Below, piece after piece: positions 1 through 9,789 of a stretch of 64,000 nucleotides of DNA. The position numbers and the translations under genes were made by a program. Source of the stretch: a virus; IMG/VR virus record IMGVR_UViG_3300047159_000066; one strand, written 5' to 3'. The notes under the pieces were generated by a model. The model ran no database searches, was not told the origin of the DNA, and saw only the letters and a program-made list of their open reading frames with translations. Position 1 is the stretch's first letter. The number at the start of each line of letters is the position of its first letter.

Positions 1-1278
1 CGTTATCTTCCCTGAGGTCGGGAAATAACTTGAGGATCCGGTAGGTTTGAGATCACCGGAAATGAAAAGAGGGAATATCTTCGATACAGAAATAGTCCCT
101 CCTATTTCGACCGAATTCAGGTAATTCGTGAGTATGCTTTCAATCAGCGCCTTCTGTGTGGCAGTTGTGCTTTTTATGCCGATAAGCTGATAATTGACCG
201 TAATCGTGAAATCGCTGTATGCAGAGCAGAGCTTATAGTAAATGGTGGAATAATAATCGCCGTTCAGAGAAAATCTGATTGACTTCTGGGTTCCGAATGT
301 CGTATTCGTCGCATCGAAATAAGTAAGGACCCCAGGCGTCATATATGAATAGATGAATCTTCCTATTTCGGCATCATTGAGGGTCACTCCGCTTGTCCCT
401 CTTACGGCGATGAAGACATTGTGATTCGGCACAAGCGAACTGTCAAGAAGGGTCTTATCCGTCCCGGTGTTGTTGTTCAGAACGAAAACATCCTTGATAC
501 CGCCAAGTCCTATGAGATTTGTCTGAAGGGAATCTGTAAGCGAGACCGAATTCATGCCGATCTGCCTCTGCATCTTATTCCTCAGGCTGGAATCCGTTTC
601 CTCGTCAAATCCGAGAACGGCGTTCTTCGGCTGGAAATAGTCAATCGTCGGATCCATCGGCACGATGCCGCCCTTATTGGAGAGCTTGTCTATCGTCCCG
701 GACCATAATGTGGCGCTTCCCCAGTCGATGGTATCGGTCGTTATCCATGAGGTATCGCCTGAAAGAGCCTGGACCGATCCGAGTTTCTGGCAATAGAAAT
801 CGATGGAATAGGTATTGTCTTTCGTGAATTCCGTTATCGTGGGGTTGTTCATGAAATCAACGTTGACATGCCATACCCATTCATTCTGATCCGCATCCGT
901 GCATTTCAGTATCTTAGGGCCGGTTATCGTGACGGATGGGCGGATATAAAGGGTGACCTTCGATCTGGTCGGATACTGCCTGCTGACATGCATCAGGGAG
1001 GCAAGGATGTCAAGCTGATTCCCCGTCGCCATCGCGGGATTGAGACCATGCTCTATGTTCTCAAGCGCGCGGTAGATGTTATTGACGATAAGCGCCTCTG
1101 CATTGACGTATTGCCCGTCTGCGCTGGCAGATGAGATGTCGATGTCATTTCCGTAAATCGCACGCATCTTATTCGCGATTGCATCTCTGATCTGCGGGAA
1201 AAGCGCGGCAGAAAAACCATTAGAGCCGAATTCCGCCAATCCCGTATCCAGAGTGTACACCTTATTATCCAATGACAT
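1..1278 (-). CDS. Baseplate J-like protein (runs off the window's left edge)
   Basis: Hand translation from ATG at 1278: MSLDNKGVHTLDTGLAEFGSNGF...RAIYGNDIDISSASADGQ...LNPAMATGNQLDILASL, a typical baseplate-J N-terminus. It lies downstream of the hub and spike genes and is absent from the ORF track because it has no stop in the window. Confidence 0.75.
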   Translation of the reverse strand, partial: MSLDNKVYTLDTGLAEFGSNGFSAALFPQIRDAIANKMRAIYGNDIDISSASADGQYVNAEALIVNNIYRALENIEHGLNPAMATGNQLDILASLMHVSRQYPTRSKVTLYIRPSVTITGPKILKCTDADQNEWVWHVNVDFMNNPTITEFTKDNTYSIDFYCQKLGSVQALSGDTSWITTDTIDWGSATLWSGTIDKLSNKGGIVPMDPTIDYFQPKNAVLGFDEETDSSLRNKMQRQIGMNSVSLTDSLQTNLIGLGGIKDVFVLNNNTGTDKTLLDSSLVPNHNVFIAVRGTSGVTLNDAEIGRFIYSYMTPGVLTYFDATNTTFGTQKSIRFSLNGDYYSTIYYKLCSAYSDFTITVNYQLIGIKSTTATQKALIESILTNYLNSVEIGGTISVSKIFPLFISGDLKPTGSSSYFPTSGKIT

Positions 1279-1312
1279 CGTTTATCCTCTCTGTTCGTTC
1301 CCTGAAACGGCT

Positions 1313-1447
1313 TTACTTCTTATGCTGCTTGAAATATTCGACTTGCCCGAGTCTCTTATGCGCCTCTGCCTTCGTAAGATCAGGAGAAGAAAGGTTCTTC
1401 CCAGATTTCGACTTCACCTGATAGCCCTGCCCTGTTTTGACGATCAT
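1313..1447 (-). CDS. Small basic phage protein, 44 aa
   Basis: AAGGAG RBS, then MIVKTGQGYQVKSKSGKNLSSPDLTKAEAHKRLGQVEYFKQHKK*. TATAAT lies just upstream. Confidence 0.7.
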   Translation of the reverse strand: MIVKTGQGYQVKSKSGKNLSSPDLTKAEAHKRLGQVEYFKQHKK

Positions 1448-1477
1448 ATGATGTCTCCTTTTCTATTATTATATCGC

Positions 1478-2047
1478 TTACCAGCTTATTTTGACGGAAC
1501 CGCCGGCGAATACGTCCGCCGAGATGACGTTATCGTTGCCTATTGTCACGCCTGTCCCCGCGGTCAGCTTGTCCTGCTTGTTCTCCAGGGCAAGCGTTAT
1601 GATCTTGTTCTGGACCGGATTCGTGCTTGTCTCGCTCAGCGCGTCATCGACCTTGATCTTGTTCGACTCGTTCATTATCGGTATGATGATGCCGTACATG
1701 AGGGAATGCACTGCCTTCGTCGACGTCTTTATCTGCGGATTCTCAAGTGTGAGCATATTACGGAAATCCGAATCATTATAGATAATCTCAACGAGCTCAT
1801 TCTCCGAGAACGAGTAGTCCGTGAGGAAATACGCATAGACAGTATACGCGGATTCATCCTGTTGAAGCGGGAACGGGGTGACCTCCGCGATGCCGTATCC
1901 GTCGAATTCGCGGTAAACCGACTTGAATCTGGCGAGAGATCCGACCTTTATGGCGTGTTTTATCGAATCAGAAAGGGTATCGAAAAGATCGACGAATGAT
2001 GTGTTCTTCCCATAGTCATAGCCAAGTCTGTCCTGTGTCGTGGCCAT
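1478..2047 (-). CDS. Putative baseplate spike / Gp138-like protein
   Basis: Position after the hub gene; C-terminal VDDALSETSTNPVQNK and KQDKLTAG fibre-type motifs. Confidence 0.45.
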   Translation of the reverse strand: MATTQDRLGYDYGKNTSFVDLFDTLSDSIKHAIKVGSLARFKSVYREFDGYGIAEVTPFPLQQDESAYTVYAYFLTDYSFSENELVEIIYNDSDFRNMLTLENPQIKTSTKAVHSLMYGIIIPIMNESNKIKVDDALSETSTNPVQNKIITLALENKQDKLTAGTGVTIGNDNVISADVFAGGSVKISW

Positions 2048-3066
2048 TATCCGCTGACCCCCGTTAGATTCTCGAAGAGACTGACCGCCGTGGCGGTTAT
2101 CGTCTCATCGAACTGAGATCCCCTGTTCTGGAAGGCATAGTCCACCTGCCTTATCATATAGCACCCGTTCTGATCGAGATACGACTGATTGAAGGTCGAG
2201 GTGACCCCGCTGGCGTTGCTTGTCCCGGATGAGATGTCGATGAATGAGTTGTCTATCTTTATTATATCGCCTGGAATGAAATTGAAAGAGGGTATCACCG
2301 AAAGGGTAAGTCCCTGCGATGTAAGGACCGGATTGCCGTTCTCTATGTTGATGGTGTTCAGATCGATTGGTATCACCCGTTTCTCCCCGATCGTCGTGAC
2401 GGATATGACGTTGTCGTCAAGGCTTGAATCCGTCTCCATCTGGAAATTGGCCCCGGTGCTTCCGACGACATCGGTGATGATGTTGGATGCCTTGTCATAG
2501 GAGTTGTACACCTTGTCGAGCACGATCTTCTTGAGCTCCGGCGATATGTTCGTCTTCGCGGATACGCCGTTCTGGATGAACATGTAATTGATCATCGAAT
2601 AGAGATTGACGCCGGATCGGCATGTGAAATTGATCCGCCCCTGACTCCATGCCGCGACATAGGACGACGCATAGCTGATGTAGGTCGTCGTGTCGCCTCT
2701 TGCATGAGGCTTATGGGAGATATACGACACCTCGCCTTTGAAGACGGTTATCATGCTGTCGGATGACTTGTACCCGATCTCTATCTTTATCAGATAGAGC
2801 CTTGCCGCCATGATGAGAGCGATTGTGTCATACCCGAGGTTGTTCACCGTGACCGTCCCGCTGTCCTTCAGGATCGCCAGGTTCTTCGTCCCGCTGATGG
2901 AGATGTCGAGATCGTCTTTCCCCGAGTCACCTAAAACGATCTGGTAATGCTTGCCGTTCGAGGTCGTCTCCTTCGAGGTAAGCGTCACCCGTATCCGCCT
3001 TATCCAGCATTTCCTTATCTGCTGGATGTCGCTCTGACCTATCTGCTGGACATAGGATGTGCCCAT
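2047..3066 (-). CDS. Putative baseplate hub protein
   Basis: About 339 aa; position between the distal-tail-like and spike genes; vTVNNL...IEIGY...VFKGEV pattern typical of myophage hubs. Confidence 0.6.
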   Translation of the reverse strand: MGTSYVQQIGQSDIQQIRKCWIRRIRVTLTSKETTSNGKHYQIVLGDSGKDDLDISISGTKNLAILKDSGTVTVNNLGYDTIALIMAARLYLIKIEIGYKSSDSMITVFKGEVSYISHKPHARGDTTTYISYASSYVAAWSQGRINFTCRSGVNLYSMINYMFIQNGVSAKTNISPELKKIVLDKVYNSYDKASNIITDVVGSTGANFQMETDSSLDDNVISVTTIGEKRVIPIDLNTINIENGNPVLTSQGLTLSVIPSFNFIPGDIIKIDNSFIDISSGTSNASGVTSTFNQSYLDQNGCYMIRQVDYAFQNRGSQFDETITATAVSLFENLTGVSG

Positions 3067-3067
3067 G

Positions 3068-4714
3068 TTAATCCGTGAAGCCCTGCTTCTCAAGGGCGTT
3101 CTTTATCGCGTCTTCGATCGCCTTCATCTTCTCTTCCATGCTTCCCTGCGAGATGACCACGTAGTAGGAGCAAAGGTTTTGCGCCGTCGTGTCATCCTCC
3201 TCCTGGGTAGAGTTCAGCGCGCCTGATCCGATGATGTAGGCCTCATACTGCCGGGAGGAGTCTATGTAGAAGGCGTTCTTGTATCTCGAGCACTGACCGA
3301 AATCGGTTATAACCCCCCAGTTCGTCCCGGCGGCGACGTCTTTCGCGTCGCTTCCGACGCCGTCCATGACCTTGATCGACCAGGGGTTCTCGGCATTCCC
3401 CGTGTTCTTCGTGAAGACAAGATAGACGAGATCGCTCCCGATCATGAGGGCGGATGTGAAAGGCGTATTGTCGGACTGGGAAGGCGACACCTGATAGACC
3501 TCTATGCCGGATGCGGCGTTGCTGATCGCCGTGGCGACGGAATCAAGGAGATCGGTAAGCCGCTCAAGATCGCCGGAATTGACAGTGAACTGGGCCGGGT
3601 CATACCCGTCCTTGACGGAGTAGTCGTCATTGATGTAACAGAGATAATTCTGTATGAGGTTGAATCCCCTGCTGAGCTTCTCCCTCGCATGCGCATCATC
3701 TATCCAATGCCGTATCGCGTAATATATGCCGTATCCTATCGCCGCAGCGCCGGCAATGATCGTCCCGACCGGGAATATGGCCGCGGATGTTCCGATCGCC
3801 GCGACTATAGCCGCGGCGCCGTATGCGCTGAGGACCGCGATGCTCACGGCCAAAAGGACGCCTCCGGCAAGCATTATCCCCTCTCCGCTCAGCCCGGCGA
3901 GCGTGACATCCTTTGCGGCCGTGTCCTTAACCTTATAGACCATCGCAGCGCCGTCCTTCTTGTCTATGTAGCCTCTGTCATAAAGAAGCTGTATTATCGT
4001 CGCAGGGAGCTCTCCGGTGTCCTGAAGCATTTTGCCCAGGGACTTTGTAGAAGGCAGCTCCACGGAGGGATAAAGGTCGCTGTAGGAGAGATCCGTCTCA
4101 TAGGACTGGAGATCGATCTGCATTATCTCCTTGAACGTGAAGTCGTAGGACATCGAGTTGTATCTTTCCGTCCAGCTGATGCTCTGAAGGGCCATGTTCC
4201 TTCTGCGGAGGAATCTGACGGATCCGTCGCCGCTTCCGGAGACCATCGTGAGATCACACAGGATGCCGTTGTCCTTGATGAACTTGAAGACGCGCTCGAT
4301 CCTGCCGAGGCGATCCGCCGATCCGAAATCGGCCAACGCGCCCATCTCCTGCGATCCGATCTTCCCGTCCGACACCGCCGGATTGCCGTCGGTGATGATG
4401 TTCGCCACCGTGAAGCAGTCCCTTGACTCATACGACATCCTGCCGTCAAGGGAGAATGCCCCGGATATTGTCACCTCATCCGGATCCCGGTACATGTGAT
4501 CCGACATGACCTGCCCGTTCTGTATCGGCCTGGAGGGTATCGTGGATGACTCCTTGACGTTCTTCTCCCTGCAGGTGTCAAGCTCTATGTACCGCTGGTT
4601 GTTGCCGAAAAGAGAGGCGGTGATGACCGTCCTGTATTCCCCTGAGCTGGATCTGAAGGGCTGCGATCCGTCCAGAGAGGACGTATCGGTCAGCTTGACT
4701 GTCGTTGCCGCCAT
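3068..4714 (-). CDS. Dit-like distal tail protein with a long hydrophobic segment
   Basis: N-terminal IPSRPIQNGQVMSDHMYRDPDEVTISG...MALQSI...FTFKEI matches Dit-like proteins; directly follows the tape measure gene. Confidence 0.6.
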   Translation of the reverse strand: MAATTVKLTDTSSLDGSQPFRSSSGEYRTVITASLFGNNQRYIELDTCREKNVKESSTIPSRPIQNGQVMSDHMYRDPDEVTISGAFSLDGRMSYESRDCFTVANIITDGNPAVSDGKIGSQEMGALADFGSADRLGRIERVFKFIKDNGILCDLTMVSGSGDGSVRFLRRRNMALQSISWTERYNSMSYDFTFKEIMQIDLQSYETDLSYSDLYPSVELPSTKSLGKMLQDTGELPATIIQLLYDRGYIDKKDGAAMVYKVKDTAAKDVTLAGLSGEGIMLAGGVLLAVSIAVLSAYGAAAIVAAIGTSAAIFPVGTIIAGAAAIGYGIYYAIRHWIDDAHAREKLSRGFNLIQNYLCYINDDYSVKDGYDPAQFTVNSGDLERLTDLLDSVATAISNAASGIEVYQVSPSQSDNTPFTSALMIGSDLVYLVFTKNTGNAENPWSIKVMDGVGSDAKDVAAGTNWGVITDFGQCSRYKNAFYIDSSRQYEAYIIGSGALNSTQEEDDTTAQNLCSYYVVISQGSMEEKMKAIEDAIKNALEKQGFTD

Positions 4715-4724
4715 TTGATGCCTC

Positions 4725-6755
4725 CTAATCGATCTGCTTGCCTATCTGAGCCACCGCCTTCGTCATCTGCTCCTTGAAGAAGGATTCGAGCTGCGTCTGA
4801 TCGGAAAGGACCCCGGTGGCGCTGTTGGACATATTCATGTTGACGTTGATGTTCTTCGTCCCGGCCGTGCTGAGCCCGTAATTCGCCGAATCGGACGCGG
4901 AAGCGGAATACGACGACGTATCCATTTTACCGCCGAAGAACGTCAGTATATTGCCTATGATGGTGATTATCGTCTTGATCGCCTCTTCCATGAACTTCAT
5001 GATGCCCATGATCGTGTCTTTGTTCTCGGCGATCCATTTCAGGAAGTCGACCGCGATCTCCTGCTTGAACATCGCGAAGTCAAGCTGCATCTGCTGTATC
5101 TGCTTCAGCACGCCGGATGAACTCAGCTGCTCATACCAGTTCGAATACGTCTGCATGTACTGGGAGAAGACCTGCCGCTGCGAGCTGTTCATGTACATCA
5201 GATCCTCTTCGCTGCTTATCCCGAGCATGCCCATCGTCTGGGTCAGCGCGTAGTTCTGCGAGGAGGAGATGCCGTATCTCATCTGCGTGCTGCGTGCCGT
5301 CGAATTGGTGAAAAGGCTTCCGGCGGTGTCATAGGTCGCCATGCCCGTCTTCGAGTTGAGCATGCTGCCGATCTCGTTCACGATGCTCATCAGGTTGTCC
5401 TTGATGGAAAGGGAGAAGCCGAGCGCCTGCGTGAACGATCGCGCTATCTGCTTGCCCGCGTCGACGACGACCGACATCGCCTTCCCGACCGCGGCGAGGG
5501 CGATGCCTCCGGCGGCGTATCCGCCGGCCTTCTTGCCCAGTGCCTTGTTCTCATTCGACATGAGGGCGTTCTTCTGCCCGAGCTCGCCCTGCTCCGCCAA
5601 GAGCTCCTGATACGCCCTGTCCTGCTCGTATCCGTTCGGGTTCGCCGCCTTCATGGCGGCGAGCTCGATGCCGATCTTGCGGGATTTCTCCGCGTTCGAT
5701 CGGATCGCGTCGATGTTCGCGGACATCGCGTTCCTCGTGTCGGAGTATTTCCCCTGGAGATAGCCTTCCCCGTTTCTGATCGGGTTCATCCTCGCGGCCC
5801 ATTCCCCGATGCTGTGCTCACCCATCATGAAGGAGGCCGTGTCCGTCTGTCTGCCGAATGCCGCGTCCTCCTTCCCGTACTGCTTCTGCTTCACCCGCGC
5901 GAGCCTGAAGTCACGGTAGTCCTGCCTGTACTCCTGCCGCATGTCGCGGATGGCGAGTATCTCCTTCAGCTTCTCGCCGTTCTCGATGGCGTCGAGATCG
6001 ACATGCTCCTTCTCGTATCTGAATGCGAGCTCCTTCAGCTTCTCATAGTCGCTGTCTCTCTGCGATTTGACCATTCCGGCCTCTGCCGAGCCCGGGAGAA
6101 GGCGTGAGAGAAGGAAGCTGTTCCGATCGAAGCTGTTGGCCACCCCGTTAAGGCCGATCTCGCCGAACGTCTGAAGATCTGAGTATCTGCCGATCCCTTT
6201 CGAGAGCATATCGAAAACGACCTTGTTCTTGACGCCGGACTCAGAATACCCGAGCGATTTCAGCAGGTTCTCCGCGGAGGCGTTCTTGCTGCTTGTGCTT
6301 CTCGATCTGAGCAGGGCGTTGAGATTCATGATCTCCCTGGGCGTCCGTATGCTTCCGGATCCGCCGGCGAGCTGTCTGTCCTTGAACGCGTTGAACTCGC
6401 CTATGACGTCATTCCATTCCTTGCTCGTGCCCTTCAGCGTCGATTCCTGAAGCAGCGCCCTCACCGATCTGACCGTATCCCCGAACCTCCGCACCGATCC
6501 GGAGTAGTCGTCGAAATCGGCGATCGAGCTGCGGATGTTATGATGGATCCTCTGCTCGGACTTGCCGGATACCGCGGCGATCGAATTCAGCATGCCGACG
6601 ATCGTCTTCTGATAGCCGACGAAAACAGACGACATCTCCGACATCGTCTTCGATAAACCGTCCATCCCTGAGGAGAGGGAGCGGATCTGCTTCTGCAGCT
6701 CCTCTGCCCCCTCCTGGGTGAACTTGATGCCTACGCTTGTCGTCTTGTCTGCCAT
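4725..6755 (-). CDS. Tail tape measure protein
   Basis: 676 aa, helical, Ala/Gly/Ser-rich with amphipathic repeats; follows the chaperone pair. Confidence 0.7.
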   Translation of the reverse strand: MADKTTSVGIKFTQEGAEELQKQIRSLSSGMDGLSKTMSEMSSVFVGYQKTIVGMLNSIAAVSGKSEQRIHHNIRSSIADFDDYSGSVRRFGDTVRSVRALLQESTLKGTSKEWNDVIGEFNAFKDRQLAGGSGSIRTPREIMNLNALLRSRSTSSKNASAENLLKSLGYSESGVKNKVVFDMLSKGIGRYSDLQTFGEIGLNGVANSFDRNSFLLSRLLPGSAEAGMVKSQRDSDYEKLKELAFRYEKEHVDLDAIENGEKLKEILAIRDMRQEYRQDYRDFRLARVKQKQYGKEDAAFGRQTDTASFMMGEHSIGEWAARMNPIRNGEGYLQGKYSDTRNAMSANIDAIRSNAEKSRKIGIELAAMKAANPNGYEQDRAYQELLAEQGELGQKNALMSNENKALGKKAGGYAAGGIALAAVGKAMSVVVDAGKQIARSFTQALGFSLSIKDNLMSIVNEIGSMLNSKTGMATYDTAGSLFTNSTARSTQMRYGISSSQNYALTQTMGMLGISSEEDLMYMNSSQRQVFSQYMQTYSNWYEQLSSSGVLKQIQQMQLDFAMFKQEIAVDFLKWIAENKDTIMGIMKFMEEAIKTIITIIGNILTFFGGKMDTSSYSASASDSANYGLSTAGTKNINVNMNMSNSATGVLSDQTQLESFFKEQMTKAVAQIGKQID

Positions 6756-6776
6756 CTGCGGCCTCCTGACGTCCCC

Positions 6777-7049
6777 CTACTTCCTCTGCCTCTCACGTTC
6801 CGCCGCTATACGGTTCTCAAGGAGATCGCTCCTGTTGTAGAGGCTCACCATGCAGATCTCGTAAAGGCGGATGACGTCGTCGATCGAGTATTCGTATTTC
6901 AGCTCATGATACGTCGCGTACCTGTTCGTCACGAGAACGTAGACGACAGGGGACACCAGCCGCGGATCATGGAGATCGTTCGGGCCGTCTCCGGAGGAAT
7001 AGACGTAGTTCTCCTCGGTTATTCTCCGGATTTCGTAAAAGTCTTTTTG
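6777..7049 (-). CDS. Tail assembly chaperone C-terminal extension (probable -1 frameshift product)
   Basis: Overlaps the upstream ORF in the -1 frame with no good start of its own; YATYHELKYEYSIDDVIRLYE resembles chaperone T parts. Confidence 0.55.
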   Translation of the reverse strand, partial: QKDFYEIRRITEENYVYSSGDGPNDLHDPRLVSPVVYVLVTNRYATYHELKYEYSIDDVIRLYEICMVSLYNRSDLLENRIAAERERQRK

Positions 7050-7333
7050 ATGACGTTCTCGAAGAACCACTCGCAGATCTCGCTGAGGGCGGTCATGTTC
7101 TGATCGATCCCGAGAGGCATGTAGACCTCCCGTCCCTCGACCTTGACGGGGACCCATTTGTCCCCGACGGACGCCTCCGTGTGCTCGAGCGCGAACGCAT
7201 AGAGCGTCTTCGATTTCGTGAAGTCGTCGAAGTCAAGCTGCCCCGTCAGGGCAAGCAGATCGACCGGCGAGATCCTGCCTACGCGGAACCTCTGGCCCGG
7301 AAGATCCTTCACGTCGAATTCCTGACTGTCCAT
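7019..7333 (-). CDS. Tail assembly chaperone
   Basis: 104 aa, upstream of the tape measure gene, with an overlapping -1 ORF. Confidence 0.6.
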   Translation of the reverse strand: MDSQEFDVKDLPGQRFRVGRISPVDLLALTGQLDFDDFTKSKTLYAFALEHTEASVGDKWVPVKVEGREVYMPLGIDQNMTALSEICEWFFENVIKKTFTKSGE

Positions 7334-7342
7334 ATCCGCCGC

Positions 7343-7738
7343 CTAGAACTTGATGACGTCGCCGGGCTTCGTCGCCGGCGCGTCCCCCGTCCCGACGATC
7401 GCGTCCTTCTTCGCCGCCTCGGAGACGTCGGCGTAGTGCTTCTCCTCGCGGACGAGCGAGTCATACGCGGCCTGCGCGTCCTTGTCGTCCGTCGTTTCGC
7501 TTTCCTCGCCGAGGGTCAGCACGCCGTCCCGGACGAGCGCCTTGACCGATCCCCAGTCCTTGATCGCGGACGGATACGTGCCGGTGCCCTTCCTGATGAG
7601 CACCGTCGTGCGCGTCCATGCGCTCGCGACGCGGAATCTGTCCGCCACATGGGCGTCGCGATTCGTCATGTCGATCGAGCTCAGACCCTCCGTGACCCTG
7701 ATGTTCTTCGTCGAAGTAACTCTGATGAACTTCTTCAT
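7343..7738 (-). CDS. Hypothetical protein (virion region)
   Basis: AAAGGAG RBS before MKKFIRV. Confidence 0.6.
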   Translation of the reverse strand: MKKFIRVTSTKNIRVTEGLSSIDMTNRDAHVADRFRVASAWTRTTVLIRKGTGTYPSAIKDWGSVKALVRDGVLTLGEESETTDDKDAQAAYDSLVREEKHYADVSEAAKKDAIVGTGDAPATKPGDVIKF

Positions 7739-7752
7739 TCTGTGTTCTCCTT

Positions 7753-8025
7753 TCATCCTCTGTTACCGTTCTTCCCTTCGTTATCCCCGCAGTCGATGAG
7801 ATGCAGGTGCATCGGCCGGCCGAGCATTTCCGTGTACCCGTCCTTCCGCTTCAGCGCCCTGTACACCTCGATCGCGATGAGATCGTAATTCGACTTCGTC
7901 TCCTCCAGCCCTCGGTAGCGCATGATCTCCTTGATGTCCTCGAACCCGACGGCGAACGTGTCGTCGTCCGGCTCGTAGTAGGCGAGGAAGCAGTCCTTGC
8001 CCCGGAGTATCCTACTCTTGCCCAT
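7753..8025 (-). CDS. Hypothetical protein
   Basis: GGAGG RBS before MGKSRILRG; overlaps the portal stop. Confidence 0.55.
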   Translation of the reverse strand: MGKSRILRGKDCFLAYYEPDDDTFAVGFEDIKEIMRYRGLEETKSNYDLIAIEVYRALKRKDGYTEMLGRPMHLHLIDCGDNEGKNGNRG

Positions 8026-9772
8026 TGCCGCCGCCTTCCTCAGGCTTCGCGGCCTGACCGCCTTCCTGCGCGGCAGGCGTCTCAGGGCCAGGCTCCGTCC
8101 CGCCGCCTTCCTCAGGCGCCGGACGGCCTCTGCCCGGCTCATGCCGCCTCTCAGGCTCCGGCGCCGAGGCGCCTCTGCCCGATCCGTCGTCATTCCCGAT
8201 CCCGTTCAGGTAGTCGAGCGTGTCCGGAAGGCCTCCGCCCTCCGATCCGCCTCCGAGCTGATTCCCGAGGATGCTGACCGGCGCCGCCTTCCCAGCCGCC
8301 TTGTAGGTGGCGAGTATCTCGGCCTCCTCCTCGTACTTCAGCTTGTTCAGCTGCTCCTCGGTGAAGTCGATCGACACGGCGCCTCTGTTCACGAAGTCCT
8401 TGACGGACGCCGCGACCTGGTACTTGGATATGATCCCCTTGTCGGAAAGCCCGGTCAGGACCCCGACGAAGTCGCCGATCCCCTTCATCTTCTCCTCGTT
8501 GTCCACGTCCTGCGTGAGGGAGTTGAAGTCGAAGTCGGGCGTGCCGTTGATATTATACGCCGCGAAAAGGACGGTGAGGAGCTTCTGCATGACTGGGCGG
8601 TAGAGCGAGTCGCATCTGTTCTTGATGACGCCCGCGTACCTGCGCATCGTGTCGGAGTCATGCGCGAGCCCGCCGTTCTCCATGTCGCCGAACAGGACGT
8701 CCGGCATGTCGACCGCGGCGGCGACGAGCTTCATGTTCGTCTTCAGCAGATCGCTGAGGCCGGAGATGTTCCCCAGCTCGCGCGACTGGTAGTCGTCGTC
8801 CTTGTCGAGGAAGGTGAGCGAGTTGTACGTCCTGCCCCAGTTGACCATCTCGAGACGCTTCCTGAGCTGATCCTCGTTCCCCTTGTCCGTGCCCATGAAC
8901 ACGCCGCGCATGCCGGACATCTTGATGATCTCGATGAGCGACTTGTTGACGAGCGACGTGATGGACGCCTTCAGCTGATCGTCCCTGGAGAGCTCGTTGA
9001 GTATATGCGATCCCTCCGCGTAGCCCCATCCCATGAGCGGTCCCCGCTTTATCAGCTGCGGCGCCGAGCGGTGCTCGTATCTCAGCACGTAGGAGTGGTT
9101 GACCTGCGCCATATGACCGTCCGCGAACGTTATGCCGTAGCTCACCGGCTTCCCGAAGTCGATGTCCCTCATGTTCGTGACAAGGTCATTCGACTCCGCG
9201 ACCCCGTACCAGCGGTCCGTCACGTAGAGCCGCATCCGCTTCCCGCGGATCCTGTCGAGATCGATCGGCTTCGCCAGATCCTCGTCCTTCACCCCGTCGA
9301 ACATCATGACGCCGACGGAGCCTCCGAACAGAGCTCCCCACTGAAGGAGCTGGATCAGATCGTATCTGTACCTCGACACGAGGCGGTACACCTCCGTGTA
9401 GTCCTCCGTCCCGTGGAGCGTGAACCCGCAGTTGACCATGTCCTGCGAAGGTCGGTCGATCGCGCGGCGGAACACCCAGCTGTCGTTGTAGAGCGCGAGC
9501 CAGAGCGTCCAGTTCAGCGTGTCGTTCGAGAACCCGTAGTTCGCGAAGGACTTCACCTTGTCGTCGGTGCCTATCGCGGAGAGCGGGTTGCCGTACGCGT
9601 CGGTTATCTTCGTCCTGACCGATCTCTTCCCGGAGCCGGACACGGCGGAGGAGACCTGCGCGAGCTTGTCCATCTCGTCCTTGTGATCGGAGATGGAGTC
9701 AGAGACGGACAAAGGCATGTCGGCCTTCGACCTGTTCAGCATCATCGTCACGAAATCAAAATCAAGTGACAT
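8012..9772 (-). CDS. Portal protein (DUF1073-like)
   Basis: LALYNDSWVFRRAIDRPSQDM, WGALFGGS, VNHSYVLRY, GWGYAEG, ISGLSDL, VAAAVDMP, FDFNSL motifs. Confidence 0.85.
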   Translation of the reverse strand: MSLDFDFVTMMLNRSKADMPLSVSDSISDHKDEMDKLAQVSSAVSGSGKRSVRTKITDAYGNPLSAIGTDDKVKSFANYGFSNDTLNWTLWLALYNDSWVFRRAIDRPSQDMVNCGFTLHGTEDYTEVYRLVSRYRYDLIQLLQWGALFGGSVGVMMFDGVKDEDLAKPIDLDRIRGKRMRLYVTDRWYGVAESNDLVTNMRDIDFGKPVSYGITFADGHMAQVNHSYVLRYEHRSAPQLIKRGPLMGWGYAEGSHILNELSRDDQLKASITSLVNKSLIEIIKMSGMRGVFMGTDKGNEDQLRKRLEMVNWGRTYNSLTFLDKDDDYQSRELGNISGLSDLLKTNMKLVAAAVDMPDVLFGDMENGGLAHDSDTMRRYAGVIKNRCDSLYRPVMQKLLTVLFAAYNINGTPDFDFNSLTQDVDNEEKMKGIGDFVGVLTGLSDKGIISKYQVAASVKDFVNRGAVSIDFTEEQLNKLKYEEEAEILATYKAAGKAAPVSILGNQLGGGSEGGGLPDTLDYLNGIGNDDGSGRGASAPEPERRHEPGRGRPAPEEGGGTEPGPETPAAQEGGQAAKPEEGGGNGQE

Positions 9773-9789
9773 ATGTCCTTTGCCTCCGT

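Noticed and set aside
7997..9769. Long antisense ORFs (also 27545-28627, 29144-30547 and similar)
   Set aside because: They are shadows of GC3-rich genes on the opposite strand, with no RBS and biased composition.
8012..9772. Anti-CBASS Acb1 label often transferred to DUF1073 proteins
   Set aside because: I saw no 2H-phosphoesterase HxT pair; the motifs and size fit a portal.
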